Below, piece by piece: positions 1 to 9,556 of a stretch of 32,000 nt of DNA. Every line of letters begins with the position of its first letter. Position 1 is the stretch's first letter. A program made the position numbers and the translations under genes. The DNA comes from Methanobacteriaceae archaeon (GTDB lineage: Archaea; Methanobacteriota; Methanobacteria; Methanobacteriales; Methanobacteriaceae): positions 12,917 to 44,916 of the forward strand of contig JASEJD010000012.1 in the NCBI GenBank assembly GCA_030016715.1. The letters run 5' to 3'. The notes beneath the pieces were generated by a model. That model was not told the DNA's origin. It saw only the letters and a program-made list of their open reading frames with translations, and made no database searches.

Positions 1-793
1 CTCCAGTCATTCTTGCAACCATTTTTGAGGTTTCATATAATAATTTTATATTTACATCGGTTTTTTCATCATAAAGGGAGTATAATGAAACCACAACTTC
101 TTCTAGTGAAGCATTTCCTGCTCTTTCTCCAATACCATTTACAGTAACATGGGCTTGTGTCGCACCAGCCCTTAAACCAGATAGAGTATTAGCAACTGCC
201 AATCCAAAATCATTATGGCAGTGAACACTTAAAGGAACTCCAAGATTACTTAATGGACCATAGAATTTAGTTGCTGTTTCTGGAGTTAGCATTCCCACTG
301 TATCACAGGCACATATTCTTTGTGCACCTGCATCAATTCCTTCCTTAAAAACATCAGTTAAATATTTCACGTCACTTCTAGTTGAATCTTCAGCAGATAA
401 TTCAACTAGTAATCCATGATCCACTGCATATTCTGTACAATCAACAGCAAATTGTTTAACTTGTTCCCGAGTTTTATTTAATTTATGTTCAAGATGTAGG
501 TCAGATGTGGGAACTACTAGATGTATACTATCAACTCCACATTCTAAAGCGGCGTCAATATCAACCTTAACTGCTCTGGTAAAACTACAGATCTCAGCAT
601 TTAATCCTTCATTTACAATCTTCTTAATTCCTTCCCTTTCACCTTCAGAAGTAATTGCAGAACCTGCCTCAATAACATTTACACCTAATTCATCCAATTT
701 TATGGCTATCCTTAGCTTTTCATCAGGGGTGAGTGAAACCCCTGGAGTTTGTTCTCCATCTCTTAGTGTTGTGTCAAAAATTTTTACTGCCAC
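1..793 (-). CDS. LeuA/CimA/AksA-family synthase (2-isopropylmalate / (R)-citramalate / homocitrate synthase type), 3'-truncated by the window edge
   Basis: Minus-strand ORF that runs off position 1, so it is absent from the track. It starts at GTG 793, with GGAGAGGGG 6 nt upstream. Translation: (M)[57 protein letters not shown]...[46 protein letters not shown]. These are the HMGL-like/DRE-TIM catalytic motifs. From memory it is closest to archaeal CimA, but I cannot separate the paralogues by eye. Confidence 0.85.
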   Translation of the reverse strand, partial: MAVKIFDTTLRDGEQTPGVSLTPDEKLRIAIKLDELGVNVIEAGSAITSEGEREGIKKIVNEGLNAEICSFTRAVKVDIDAALECGVDSIHLVVPTSDLHLEHKLNKTREQVKQFAVDCTEYAVDHGLLVELSAEDSTRSDVKYLTDVFKEGIDAGAQRICACDTVGMLTPETATKFYGPLSNLGVPLSVHCHNDFGLAVANTLSGLRAGATQAHVTVNGIGERAGNASLEEVVVSLYSLYDEKTDVNIKLLYETSKMVARMTG

Positions 794-942
794 AAAATTC
801 CCCTCTCCAAATTTTTAAAAAGCATCTAATTTATGCATAATTATTAGTGTATACACATTATATCAAGTTATTTAATTCCCAATAATAAACAATTAATCCC
901 TAAAATTTATAGATTAAAAAATTATTAAATAAATAATTCAAG

Positions 943-1974
943 TTAATTTAAATTTTCTAAAACCGTTATTATACGAGTTAAACTTTTATGCATCCTTATT
1001 TCATGTTTTTCCTTTATTATAAATTTAGTGTCTCTTATTAATTGGTTAACATCCACATAATGAGGAGTAGCCAGACAAAGATGACCATTAGTTTTAAGTA
1101 GATTCTGCATGTTAAAAATCGCATCCCTGTACAGTTTAATACTCTCTTCACCTGCAGTTGATGCCGAAATTCCATAAGGAGGATCAGTTACAATAGAATC
1201 CACTAAACCATCAAGTTCTATGTATCGGGCATCGCCTTGGACAATATTATAATTGGTTATTTTACATTTTCTGAGATTCTTTATAGTTCCATTAACCATC
1301 TTCTCATCAATATCCACTCCTAAAACCCGGGCCCCAATTATCCCTGCTTCAATTAAAATTCCACCTGTTCCACAAAAAGGATCGAGGATAATATCTCCTT
1401 CATTGATTCTAGAAAGGTTTACCATGCAACGGGCCAATTTAGGGCTCATGGATCCAGGATAAAAAAAAGGCCTTTTATGTGGTTTAATATTAAAGAAATG
1501 TTTTTTATCAATTTTAATTTTTCTTATTCCTATTAATATTTTCTCATCAGTGAATGTTACCCTGATATATGTTTCCGGGTTTTTCAGATTTACCCTTGCA
1601 TCATCTAGATTAACACCAACTAATCTTCCCAAGTCTCTTTCATTCTTTTGAGAATCAATATCGCCAGAAAAGTTAATCTTTTTAACTCTAATAGCATAAT
1701 CATTTTTTATATAATCCTTCCATTTGAATTTTTCAAATGCAGAGTAAAGATTTTTAATATCAGTTTCAAATAACAATTCAACTATTTCATGAACATATCC
1801 CAACCTTTTTCCAAGAATTTCAATATAACTTTCATTATCTGGAATTTCAATAATTAAAATTCCATTCAAATCTTTTTCTATTTGATATGGTATTTTTTCT
1901 GATTCAAGTACAGCTTTAACTTCTGATTTAGGTAATGTGATATTTTCACGGGACAAAACTATGTAGATTTCCAT
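943..1974 (-). CDS. tRNA (guanine-N2)-methyltransferase, THUMP + class I SAM-MTase (archaeal Trm-G10/Trm11 type)
   Basis: 343 aa. The N-terminal half is THUMP-like. It is followed by motif I ILDPFCGTGGILIEAG and the N-methyltransferase motif IV VTDPPYG. There is a 16-nt overlap with the upstream gene. Confidence 0.8.
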   Translation of the reverse strand: MEIYIVLSRENITLPKSEVKAVLESEKIPYQIEKDLNGILIIEIPDNESYIEILGKRLGYVHEIVELLFETDIKNLYSAFEKFKWKDYIKNDYAIRVKKINFSGDIDSQKNERDLGRLVGVNLDDARVNLKNPETYIRVTFTDEKILIGIRKIKIDKKHFFNIKPHKRPFFYPGSMSPKLARCMVNLSRINEGDIILDPFCGTGGILIEAGIIGARVLGVDIDEKMVNGTIKNLRKCKITNYNIVQGDARYIELDGLVDSIVTDPPYGISASTAGEESIKLYRDAIFNMQNLLKTNGHLCLATPHYVDVNQLIRDTKFIIKEKHEIRMHKSLTRIITVLENLN

Positions 1975-3158
1975 AAATTAGTTATCCTCCTAAAAAATAT
2001 TTTAGGAAGAACTGAAAATATTATACCACTTTTAATCATCTCTTTAATAAGCGGAGATTGGCTGTCCATATCCCCACATTCAGAAATTATTTGTTCAGCA
2101 CCTTCCTTTTTAAGTTTAAGAAACATTGAATCAAGTTCTCTGTCTTGCATTAATTCAAAGGTCTTTTGTATTTGAAGTTGTACATTAAGCTCTGATTTAA
2201 ATTTCTTATTAAATATTCTTTGATAATCTGTTAATATTTCTATATCATCATTAGCCAAAGCTTTTTCAACCACATCTGCTGCGATTTTAGCACATTCAAA
2301 TCCTATGAGTAAACCTCCACCCGTAGTAGGTTTTACCTGGGAAGCAGCGTCCCCTAAAAGAATAGTTCTATCTTTGACCAGCTTTTTTTTAGGATCATAT
2401 TGGGGTATGTACCCATGATATTTTTTCAATATCTTTGATTTTTCGAAAGCCTCATTTTTTTCAACAAAATCAGACAATATATTATCCATCTTGATATAAT
2501 CCAATCTTGAGAACATACCTATCCTGGCCATTGAATCATTTAAAGGAATTACCCATATAAAGCCGGGTGATATTTTTGAATTTACATGAAGATGGACATT
2601 TTCAGAGTCTAAAATGGTTTGATCCGTTTTAACCATGTATTGAATTGCTTCAAATGTTTTGGGTTGGGGATTGAATTGACGAGACACGATAGATGAATGT
2701 CCACCTGCATCAATTATAACTTTTGATTTTAATTTTTTTATTTGGTTTTTATATTTAACCTTCACTTCTCCTTTTTTTAAGTCAGCATCAAAAACTTTGT
2801 GGCCTAATAATAGTTCAGAACCTTGATCTACTGCTTTTTGCGAAAGAAATTGATCATAGGCTACTCTATCCAATAGATATGCTGCAGCTTCCTTTTTTGA
2901 AACATGGAGAGTGTGATTTGAAGGAGAATGTAAAAAAGCCCCATTAACCTTATTTATTATTATATGGGAGGGTAATATGTTTAATTCTTTAACTTTAGTG
3001 CCTAATAACCCTGCGCATTGTAGTGGAACTCCTATCTTAGTCTTTTTATCTAAGATAACCACTTTATAATTTTTCTCTGCCATATATCTGGCAAATGTGG
3101 AGCCTATTGGACCTCCTCCTACAACTATAACGTCGTAATCAAATTTATCATGTGTCAT
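1959..3158 (-). CDS. FAD-dependent geranylgeranyl reductase family protein (archaeal lipid/isoprenoid saturation)
   Basis: 399 aa. Has the N-terminal dinucleotide fold DVIVVGGGPIGSTFARYMAEKNYKVVILDKK and, later, the LLGDAASQVKPTTGGG motif typical of the family. Confidence 0.8.
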   Translation of the reverse strand: MTHDKFDYDVIVVGGGPIGSTFARYMAEKNYKVVILDKKTKIGVPLQCAGLLGTKVKELNILPSHIIINKVNGAFLHSPSNHTLHVSKKEAAAYLLDRVAYDQFLSQKAVDQGSELLLGHKVFDADLKKGEVKVKYKNQIKKLKSKVIIDAGGHSSIVSRQFNPQPKTFEAIQYMVKTDQTILDSENVHLHVNSKISPGFIWVIPLNDSMARIGMFSRLDYIKMDNILSDFVEKNEAFEKSKILKKYHGYIPQYDPKKKLVKDRTILLGDAASQVKPTTGGGLLIGFECAKIAADVVEKALANDDIEILTDYQRIFNKKFKSELNVQLQIQKTFELMQDRELDSMFLKLKKEGAEQIISECGDMDSQSPLIKEMIKSGIIFSVLPKIFFRRITNLWKST

Positions 3159-3287
3159 GATATCTAAGCCTATTCCTATTTACATTAAATTGATTTAACG
3201 GAATATTATATCACTTAATAAATCATTTTAATTATTAATTAATTTAAAATTAGAATAATTGGAATTTTTTAACAGTTCCCTAAATGT

Positions 3288-3911
3288 TTATCGCTTAAAT
3301 TTTTTAGAATGCCTTTCCATGATTGGTCTTTTTGATTGGGGTTTTGATTTTATCATTCGGGATTCTTCATCTTCAAAGCCATAATAATCTCCTTCAATAA
3401 GATCATTTATCATATTTTCGACCTTGTCCGGGTTTGGAACATTTTCCATGATTATTCGGGTATTTTCATGTCCTCCAAATATTAAAATATCCCCACTAGA
3501 AAATATTTTCTCCATTATAGTTTGAGTTATATTAATGTCTTGAATCTTTTCGTAATGAATAAATGCCTTACTTTTTCTAATTAAACCTTTCTTAACAATT
3601 ACACGGTAGTTAGTTAATTTATAGATTGTACTGTTCCATGCTAGGAGATTCCATATAACCCATATAACTAGTAAAAATATTATTAGGTATAGAATAATAG
3701 TTATCCACTGTACCAAAGGAATCTGTATCATATTAATTATATTGTTTTGAAGTCTAACTGCAAGTTGAATAATTGTTCCAGAAAAATATAATATTAAAAT
3801 TATTATTATAACCTTTATTAGAGCTGATTTGGTTCCTATAAAGAAATTTGGTTTTGTTTCAAAGAGGACTTTTTCTCTGGTGTGATATTCAGTTCTATCT
3901 TTGCCTATCAT
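3288..3911 (-). CDS. membrane protein with bacterial-type PH (bPH_2/YdbS-YdbT-like, DUF304) domain
   Basis: 207 aa. Two adjacent TM helices (about residues 30-95) are followed by YKLTNYRVIVKKGLIRKSKAFIHYEKIQDINITQ..., which matches the bPH pattern. Function is unknown. Confidence 0.55.
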   Translation of the reverse strand: MIGKDRTEYHTREKVLFETKPNFFIGTKSALIKVIIIILILYFSGTIIQLAVRLQNNIINMIQIPLVQWITIILYLIIFLLVIWVIWNLLAWNSTIYKLTNYRVIVKKGLIRKSKAFIHYEKIQDINITQTIMEKIFSSGDILIFGGHENTRIIMENVPNPDKVENMINDLIEGDYYGFEDEESRMIKSKPQSKRPIMERHSKKFKR

Positions 3912-4059
3912 ATTGAATCACTGATAAATTTTCTTTTTTATATCAAAATTATATTTATATAAATCCAATAGATAAAATTTACATTATTATTTTACCTATC
4001 TAAATATTTTTTCTCAAATATATTCAATTATTTAAATATTATTATGTAGAAGCAACTAA

Positions 4060-4797
4060 ATGAATATAATGATTTATAGGAAGATAAAAATCAATGAAAC
4101 AAATATTCAGTTGAAAACTGATATTGAACCTCATGGTCTAACTGATTACATTGTAAAACTTAGAACATTAATCAAAAATTTTATTATAAGAAATCCGGAT
4201 TTTCTTACTAGTTTAGAACCATTGAAAATATATGAAGGCCCTTTAATAGTAAAGAAGATGTTAAGATCTGGTGTTATTGCAAATACCGGTCCAATGGCAG
4301 CTGTGGCTGGAACAATTGCTCAATTTTCAATGAATTATCTTCTAAATAAAGATTCAAAATATGTTATAGTGGATAATGGTGGAGATATTTCTCTAAAAAC
4401 CGATAAAGATGTTGTTATAGGACTATTTGCAGGTTTATCATCCCTTTCTGGAAAAATTGGGTTTAAAATTAAATCAAAGAAAACCCCTATGGGAATATGT
4501 ACATCTTCAGGTACTATAGGACATTCTATCAGTTTCGGAAGAGCCGATTCAGTTACTGTTTTTGCAGATGAGGCCAGCATCGCTGATGCCCTGGCCACTT
4601 CAATAGCTAACGAAGCAAATGGTGAATCTGATCAAGATACTGTTGAAAACTGCATATATTATGCTGAAAATTTTCGAGAATATATGAACGGAGCAGTGGT
4701 AATAGTTGGGGAATATGCAGGAACCATTGGAAAAATACCTAAAATGATACAGACTGATAAAAAAGTTGTTCTAGGGGATTTTTTTGATTTAATATAA
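4060..4797 (+). CDS. UPF0280 / ApbE-like family protein
   Basis: 245 aa. [21 protein letters not shown] and [25 protein letters not shown] resemble the ApbE-like UPF0280 proteins conserved in methanogens. The start could instead be the ATG at 4069. Confidence 0.6.
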   Translation: MNIMIYRKIKINETNIQLKTDIEPHGLTDYIVKLRTLIKNFIIRNPDFLTSLEPLKIYEGPLIVKKMLRSGVIANTGPMAAVAGTIAQFSMNYLLNKDSKYVIVDNGGDISLKTDKDVVIGLFAGLSSLSGKIGFKIKSKKTPMGICTSSGTIGHSISFGRADSVTVFADEASIADALATSIANEANGESDQDTVENCIYYAENFREYMNGAVVIVGEYAGTIGKIPKMIQTDKKVVLGDFFDLI

Positions 4798-4892
4798 AAA
4801 AAGGATTTAATGAAAAATTTTTAAATAGCCTCAGATCGCCCATCATTCATCACAAATCAGAGCTCATAGGGTTCATCATAGGCTTTAATTTT

Positions 4893-4928
4893 AAAAAAAA
4901 AGTATTTTGTGGCATTAATTTGCCACAA
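4893..4928 (-). terminator. hairpin + oligo-T terminator downstream of pan
   Basis: Perfect 8-bp stem TTGTGGCA (4907-4914) / TGCCACAA (4921-4928) with a 6-nt loop. On the minus strand it is followed by AATAC and a T9 run (A9 on plus, 4893-4901). It lies about 30 nt past the pan stop, between convergent genes. Confidence 0.55.
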
Positions 4929-4958
4929 TAAATTCCGGTATTTGATATAAGAGTTTAA

Positions 4959-6191
4959 TTATCCAAACATTACACCAGATTCTTTTTTAAATTCTTCTTC
5001 GCTTTCCATACCAACTATCTTATCAACAGCATCCATGAAATCATTCATAGTTACTATTTCTCTTTCTTCTCTTATAGCAAACATACCTGCTTCAGTACAT
5101 ATAGCTTTAACATCTGCCCCCGAGGCACCTTCTGTGATGGATGCAATTAGTTCCTTATCTACATCATCATCTAGAGACATTGTTTTGGTATGGATCTTTA
5201 GAATTTCCAATCTACCTTCTTCATTGGGTATTGGAACTTCTATGAAACGGTCAAATCTACCTGGCCGCAGTAATGCAGGGTCAAGTATATCTGGTCGGTT
5301 GGTTGCTGCTACAATACCAACATTTCCTCTCGCTTCAAATCCGTCCATTTCAGCTAATAATTGCATTAAAGTCCTTTGAACTTCCCTATCACCGCTTGTT
5401 GAACTTTTAAGTCGCTTAGCTGCAATAGCATCTATTTCATCAATGAATATTATGCTGGGTGCTTTTTCTTTAGCTAATTCAAATACTCCACGAACTAACC
5501 TTGCCCCTTCACCAATGTATTTTTTAACAAATTCTGATGCCACTATTTTTATAAATGTAGCATTAGTTTCATGGGCCACTGCTTTTCCTAGTAGTGTTTT
5601 ACCTGTTCCTGGAGGCCCATATAAAAGTACACCTTTTGGAGGTTCAATTCCAATATTTTCGAATAATTCTGGTTTCTTTAAAGGTAGTTCAACAGTTTCT
5701 TTAACTTCCAAAACCTGTTCAGTTAATCCACCGATCTTTTCGTATGAAACATCAGGTTTTTCGTCAACCTCCATGCCAGTAACAATAGGATCCTTCTCAG
5801 ATGGTAAAACATCTACTATACTAAAAGTTTGCTGGTTCAAAGCCACCCTTGCACCAGGTTCTAACAAGTCTTCATCTAAGAACCTTGAATATCCTATAAC
5901 AAAATGAGGGCCAGTACTGCTCTTCACAGCAATTCTTCCGTCTTCTAAAACCTCAGTAATCGTAGCAATTACCAGTGGCGGGGATCGAAATCTTTCTACT
6001 TCACCACGTAACGATTTAACTTCCCTATCTAATCTAATTTTTTCATTTTCAATCAAAACTTTATCTTTCTCAAGTTTTCTTAATTTCCACATGAGATTAC
6101 GCTTAGTCTTAGTGTTTTCCTCTTTAAGAATCCTAATTTCTTTTTTTAAATCTTCTATTTTTTTTAATGCAGTATTGGAGGAATTTTCCAT
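4959..6191 (-). CDS. pan: proteasome-activating nucleotidase (AAA+ ATPase PAN)
   Basis: 410 aa. Has an N-terminal coiled coil ([18 protein letters not shown]...), an OB segment, Walker [16 protein letters not shown], Walker [10 protein letters not shown] and a second region of homology. A strong SD, AGGAGTGATC, lies upstream of the ATG. Confidence 0.93.
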   Translation of the reverse strand: MENSSNTALKKIEDLKKEIRILKEENTKTKRNLMWKLRKLEKDKVLIENEKIRLDREVKSLRGEVERFRSPPLVIATITEVLEDGRIAVKSSTGPHFVIGYSRFLDEDLLEPGARVALNQQTFSIVDVLPSEKDPIVTGMEVDEKPDVSYEKIGGLTEQVLEVKETVELPLKKPELFENIGIEPPKGVLLYGPPGTGKTLLGKAVAHETNATFIKIVASEFVKKYIGEGARLVRGVFELAKEKAPSIIFIDEIDAIAAKRLKSSTSGDREVQRTLMQLLAEMDGFEARGNVGIVAATNRPDILDPALLRPGRFDRFIEVPIPNEEGRLEILKIHTKTMSLDDDVDKELIASITEGASGADVKAICTEAGMFAIREEREIVTMNDFMDAVDKIVGMESEEEFKKESGVMFG

Positions 6192-6298
6192 GATCCTAGA
6201 TCACTCCTATTTAAATTTTATCGTTACTATCTTGTCTTTGATAATATTTAAATATTGAGGTATAGATTATTATAATGAGAAATTTTTAAGGGATAGTC

Positions 6299-6757
6299 AT
6301 GAGATGCGAGATATGTGGAAAAAATATTATTGGAAAACCAATGCGCACTAAAATTGAAGGATCAGTGATGTACGCTTGCAATGAATGTGCAAAATTAGGT
6401 AAAATTCAAAGAGAACCAGTAAAACCCAGAAAACAAAGAGTTGCTTCAAGACCACCTATGAGAAAAGAACCTAGCTACGAGGTTCATGAAGAGTATAATA
6501 AACTTGTAAGAGATGCCCGTGAAAAAAGGGGATGGTCAAGAGAAGATTTAGCAGAGAAAATATATGAAAAGGTTTCAGTAATCAACCGAATAGAATCAGG
6601 AAAAATGATTCCCGATGTAAAACTGGCTAAAAAATTAGAAAATATTCTGAAAATTTCCATTGTAGAGAAAATTGAAGATAACCAAAGCCAAGAATTTAAA
6701 GCCTCCAATATCCGAGGATCAACTATAGGTGATATTGCCCGGATAAAGAAAAGTTGA
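6299..6757 (+). CDS. mbf1: archaeal MBF1-type transcription factor (zinc ribbon + Cro/C1 HTH)
   Basis: 152 aa. N-terminal C4 ribbon CEICG...CNECAK, and a C-terminal HTH WSREDLAEKIYEKVSVINRIESGK. Confidence 0.8.
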   Translation: MRCEICGKNIIGKPMRTKIEGSVMYACNECAKLGKIQREPVKPRKQRVASRPPMRKEPSYEVHEEYNKLVRDAREKRGWSREDLAEKIYEKVSVINRIESGKMIPDVKLAKKLENILKISIVEKIEDNQSQEFKASNIRGSTIGDIARIKKS

Positions 6758-6894
6758 AATCTCTAGAAAAATAGTTATAAACATTAAATTTATTCAAAAG
6801 GGGGATACTTATATCTAATAATTCTTCTGGAAAATGGACAGTTCTAATTATTGGTATTATTACAGCAGTTGTTTTTGTTATTGATTCTTCTATA

Positions 6895-8331
6895 ATGTCT
6901 GTTTCAATCTCTAATTTAGTGGTTGATCTTAAAACCACAACCAGCGGAATTCAATTCGCAATAGCACTGTATACCATGATTATGGGGAGTTTACTGCTTT
7001 TAGGTGGAAAAATTCAGGATATTATAGGTAGGAAAAAAACTTTCGTGGTTGGAACTGCTTTATTCGCAGTGGGGGCTTTTATTACAGTAATAAGTTTTAA
7101 TCTACCCATGGTAGTTTTAGGTTGGTCGGTTATTGAGGGTATAGGGGCTGCTCTAATGCTACCCGCAATAATTGCCTTTATCAGTAAAACCTATATCGGA
7201 AAAGAACGAATAAAAGCTTTAGGTATTTTTGGAGCAGCAACTGCTGTTGCAGCTGCATCAGGCCCTTTAGTGGGTGGTTTTTTAGCCACTTACTTCTCAT
7301 GGAGAGTGGCTTTTAGTGTAATGGTGATAATTGCAGTCATTTTATGGTTTTATTCAAGAAGACTTGAAGAAACAGAAATAACAGCTACCTGGAGAGATTT
7401 AGACATTCCTGGAGCATTAACCTCATTTACTGGATTGTTACTACTTCTGATTGGTATTATGCTTATCGAAGACATTCAAAATATCCTGATGGCCGTCTTA
7501 ACTATCCTAGTGGCTATCACCTTATTATCTGCATTCTTTTTCCTAGAAAAAAGAAGAATAAATAATTCTCTTCAGCCTTTAGTAGATATAAGACTTTTTA
7601 AAAACAAAAATTTCACCTTAGGAAACATTACCCGCCTTATAACAAACATAGTTTTGACTGGAGGATTAATTTTTATTTTTCCCATATTTGTTCAGCAGGT
7701 AATGGGATTTGATGCATTTATGACCGGTGTTACTCTTTTACCAGCTACTCTAGGTACATTGTCTTTTGCTTTATTGGTAACCAAGTTTACAGATTATTTA
7801 AATCCTCGACGGTTAGTAACTGTCGGATTAATTATTCAACTTGTGGGGATAATACTTTTATTAGGCACCTTCTCCCTTAAAACAACCATTTGGGATCTAT
7901 TACCCGGTATATTTTTATTAGGTGCTGGTTATGGTTTTACAACTACATTATTACCAAATAATATACTAGTGTCTGCACCAAAAGATAGACAAAACGATGC
8001 TTCTTCTATTATGGAAACTGGGAGTAGATTAGGCCAATCAATTGGAACTGCATTAATAGGCACTATACTACTTTTTAGCATTTTCATGAGTATTAATCCT
8101 GCACTAGATGAATCAGGGCTTTCTCAGATGGGAGTGACTGAAAAAGATGCTATATACTTTATAGAAAAAATGCAAACAAAACCAATAAAATTACCTCCTG
8201 AACTAGAAGAAAAAGCAGTTAGAGCTATGGATATAACTATAAGTGAATCAATGAATACCACCCTGCTTGCTGCAGCATTTTTTAATGTTATCTCAATTGT
8301 TTTAAGTCTTTTGATAAAAGAAACTGGATAA
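6895..8331 (+). CDS. MFS transporter, DHA2 (EmrB/QacA-like, 14-TM) type; true start probably upstream (see findings)
   Basis: 478 aa from the first ATG. Multi-TM, with MFS motif A LLLGGKIQDIIGRKKTF. The in-frame upstream sequence (6811-6894) encodes the missing TM1 but has no ATG/GTG/TTG. Confidence 0.85.
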   Translation: MSVSISNLVVDLKTTTSGIQFAIALYTMIMGSLLLLGGKIQDIIGRKKTFVVGTALFAVGAFITVISFNLPMVVLGWSVIEGIGAALMLPAIIAFISKTYIGKERIKALGIFGAATAVAAASGPLVGGFLATYFSWRVAFSVMVIIAVILWFYSRRLEETEITATWRDLDIPGALTSFTGLLLLLIGIMLIEDIQNILMAVLTILVAITLLSAFFFLEKRRINNSLQPLVDIRLFKNKNFTLGNITRLITNIVLTGGLIFIFPIFVQQVMGFDAFMTGVTLLPATLGTLSFALLVTKFTDYLNPRRLVTVGLIIQLVGIILLLGTFSLKTTIWDLLPGIFLLGAGYGFTTTLLPNNILVSAPKDRQNDASSIMETGSRLGQSIGTALIGTILLFSIFMSINPALDESGLSQMGVTEKDAIYFIEKMQTKPIKLPPELEEKAVRAMDITISESMNTTLLAAAFFNVISIVLSLLIKETG

Positions 8332-8469
8332 AATTTTAAAAATAATTATTAAAATTATTAATGTTTAATAATAAACAATATTACTAACTTTTTATTTACT
8401 TATAATAGATTACCATTATTATTCATCCAATATAAATAATCGAAAAATATTTATATGATTTAATTCATA

Positions 8470-8498
8470 TTATATAATTGATGTTTATACAACATCAA
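8470..8498 (+). promoter_or_regulatory. candidate hsp20 promoter TATA box plus abutting inverted-repeat operator
   Basis: TTATATAA at 8470-8477. It is directly followed by a perfect inverted repeat TTGATGTT (8478-8485) - TATAC - AACATCAA (8491-8498). The ATG is at 8535 and the SD AGGAGGT at 8521-8527. Confidence 0.4.
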
Positions 8499-8534
8499 CC
8501 ATTGATAGTTCAAAACTACTAGGAGGTAGATAAA

Positions 8535-9065
8535 ATGGTTTCTAAAAAGAAACAAACTGTTGAATCTCCTTCAAGTGGAAAAAAATCTTTAGTACAACAA
8601 CCAACTGGAGATTACGAACTAGCAAGTGGATTTGATTCTATATTTGAGGACTTTAGAAGATCTTTAGATAATTTAATGGCGCCTTTTTTACCCATGAAAA
8701 CATATTTTCCAAAAACTTTAAGCAGTCTTCCAACCCGAGCGCCATTGGTTGATTTAATAGAAGAATCAGACCAATACATTGTTAAAGCTGAATTACCGGG
8801 ATATGATAAAGAAGATCTTAACATAGAATTAAATAAAGACTTATTAATAATTAACGCAGAAAAAAAGGAAGAAAAAGAAGAAGAATCAGAGAACTATTTA
8901 CATCGAGAAAGAGCCTATGCATCATGCCAAAGAACAATTAATTTCCCTAAAGAAGTTGATCCATTGGAAGTTGAAGGGAGCATGAAAAATGGGGTTCTTG
9001 AGCTGAAAATTCCTCTGAAAGAGCCTAAACCTGAAGAGAAAATGGTTAAAGTTGAAATTAAATAA
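8535..9065 (+). CDS. small heat-shock protein, Hsp20/alpha-crystallin family
   Basis: 176 aa. Alpha-crystallin domain PLVDLIEESDQYIVKAELPGYDKEDLNIELNKDLLIINAEKK...MKNGVLELKIP. Strong SD AGGAGGT 7 nt upstream. Confidence 0.92.
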   Translation: MVSKKKQTVESPSSGKKSLVQQPTGDYELASGFDSIFEDFRRSLDNLMAPFLPMKTYFPKTLSSLPTRAPLVDLIEESDQYIVKAELPGYDKEDLNIELNKDLLIINAEKKEEKEEESENYLHRERAYASCQRTINFPKEVDPLEVEGSMKNGVLELKIPLKEPKPEEKMVKVEIK

Positions 9066-9068
9066 ATA

Positions 9069-9088
9069 TTTTATTCTTTTTTCTTTAT
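9069..9088 (+). terminator. oligo-T tract downstream of hsp20
   Basis: TTTTATTCTTTTTTCTTTAT begins 4 nt after the stop codon. Archaeal termination typically uses T-runs, and no hairpin is needed. Confidence 0.35.
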
Positions 9089-9174
9089 TATCTCTAAAAA
9101 AATGGATAAACAAACTCCATAAAAATCATGTTTTTTACTTTCATCAGTTAAATAAACTAGAATTCATACCATAT

Positions 9175-9546
9175 TTAGTTACTTTTTCTATAATTATTAG
9201 TTTTAGGAGAATAATAACCATCTAATTGCGCTAAATTCTCATATAATTCAGTTATATGATTATAATCATCATATTCTTCGCTTATTACTGTTATGTGGGC
9301 AGGAGGATGTATTTTTTTAATTTGCATGATGGTTTTTGTAGTTTCTGCTTTAACATTTATAATAGCAGAAATTCTAGATTCTGTTCTTAATTTTTGTTTT
9401 AAAATTTTTTCTGCAATTTTATCAGCTTTTTCGGATGAAATTAATTTAGGTTTTCCTATCAATTTCAAATTAGCATACCTCTCAACATCAGAAATAGAAT
9501 TTAAGAGCTTTGATTTATTCAAAGCTCTTATAAGAATTAATGACAT
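9175..9546 (-). CDS. hypothetical soluble protein, third gene of the envelope trio
   Basis: 123 aa with no TM segment. A GAGGT SD overlaps the TAG stop of the upstream gene 6 nt before the ATG, with a 10-nt intergenic gap. I recognise no family. Confidence 0.6.
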   Translation of the reverse strand: MSLILIRALNKSKLLNSISDVERYANLKLIGKPKLISSEKADKIAEKILKQKLRTESRISAIINVKAETTKTIMQIKKIHPPAHITVISEEYDDYNHITELYENLAQLDGYYSPKTNNYRKSN

Positions 9547-9556
9547 TTTTAAACCT

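Noticed and set aside
507-818. 103-aa plus-strand track ORF
   Set aside because: It is antisense to the strongly motif-supported LeuA/CimA-family gene (1-793, minus). Its translation is low-complexity Ser/Thr/Pro-rich, typical of a shadow ORF.
5035-5907. 114-aa and 154-aa plus-strand ORFs
   Set aside because: Both lie wholly inside pan on the opposite strand. Neither has an SD or a recognisable motif.
6723-6938. 71-aa minus-strand ORF spanning the mbf1-MFS junction
   Set aside because: It overlaps the mbf1 3' end and the probable true 5' end of the MFS gene on the opposite strand. It has no SD and no recognisable features.
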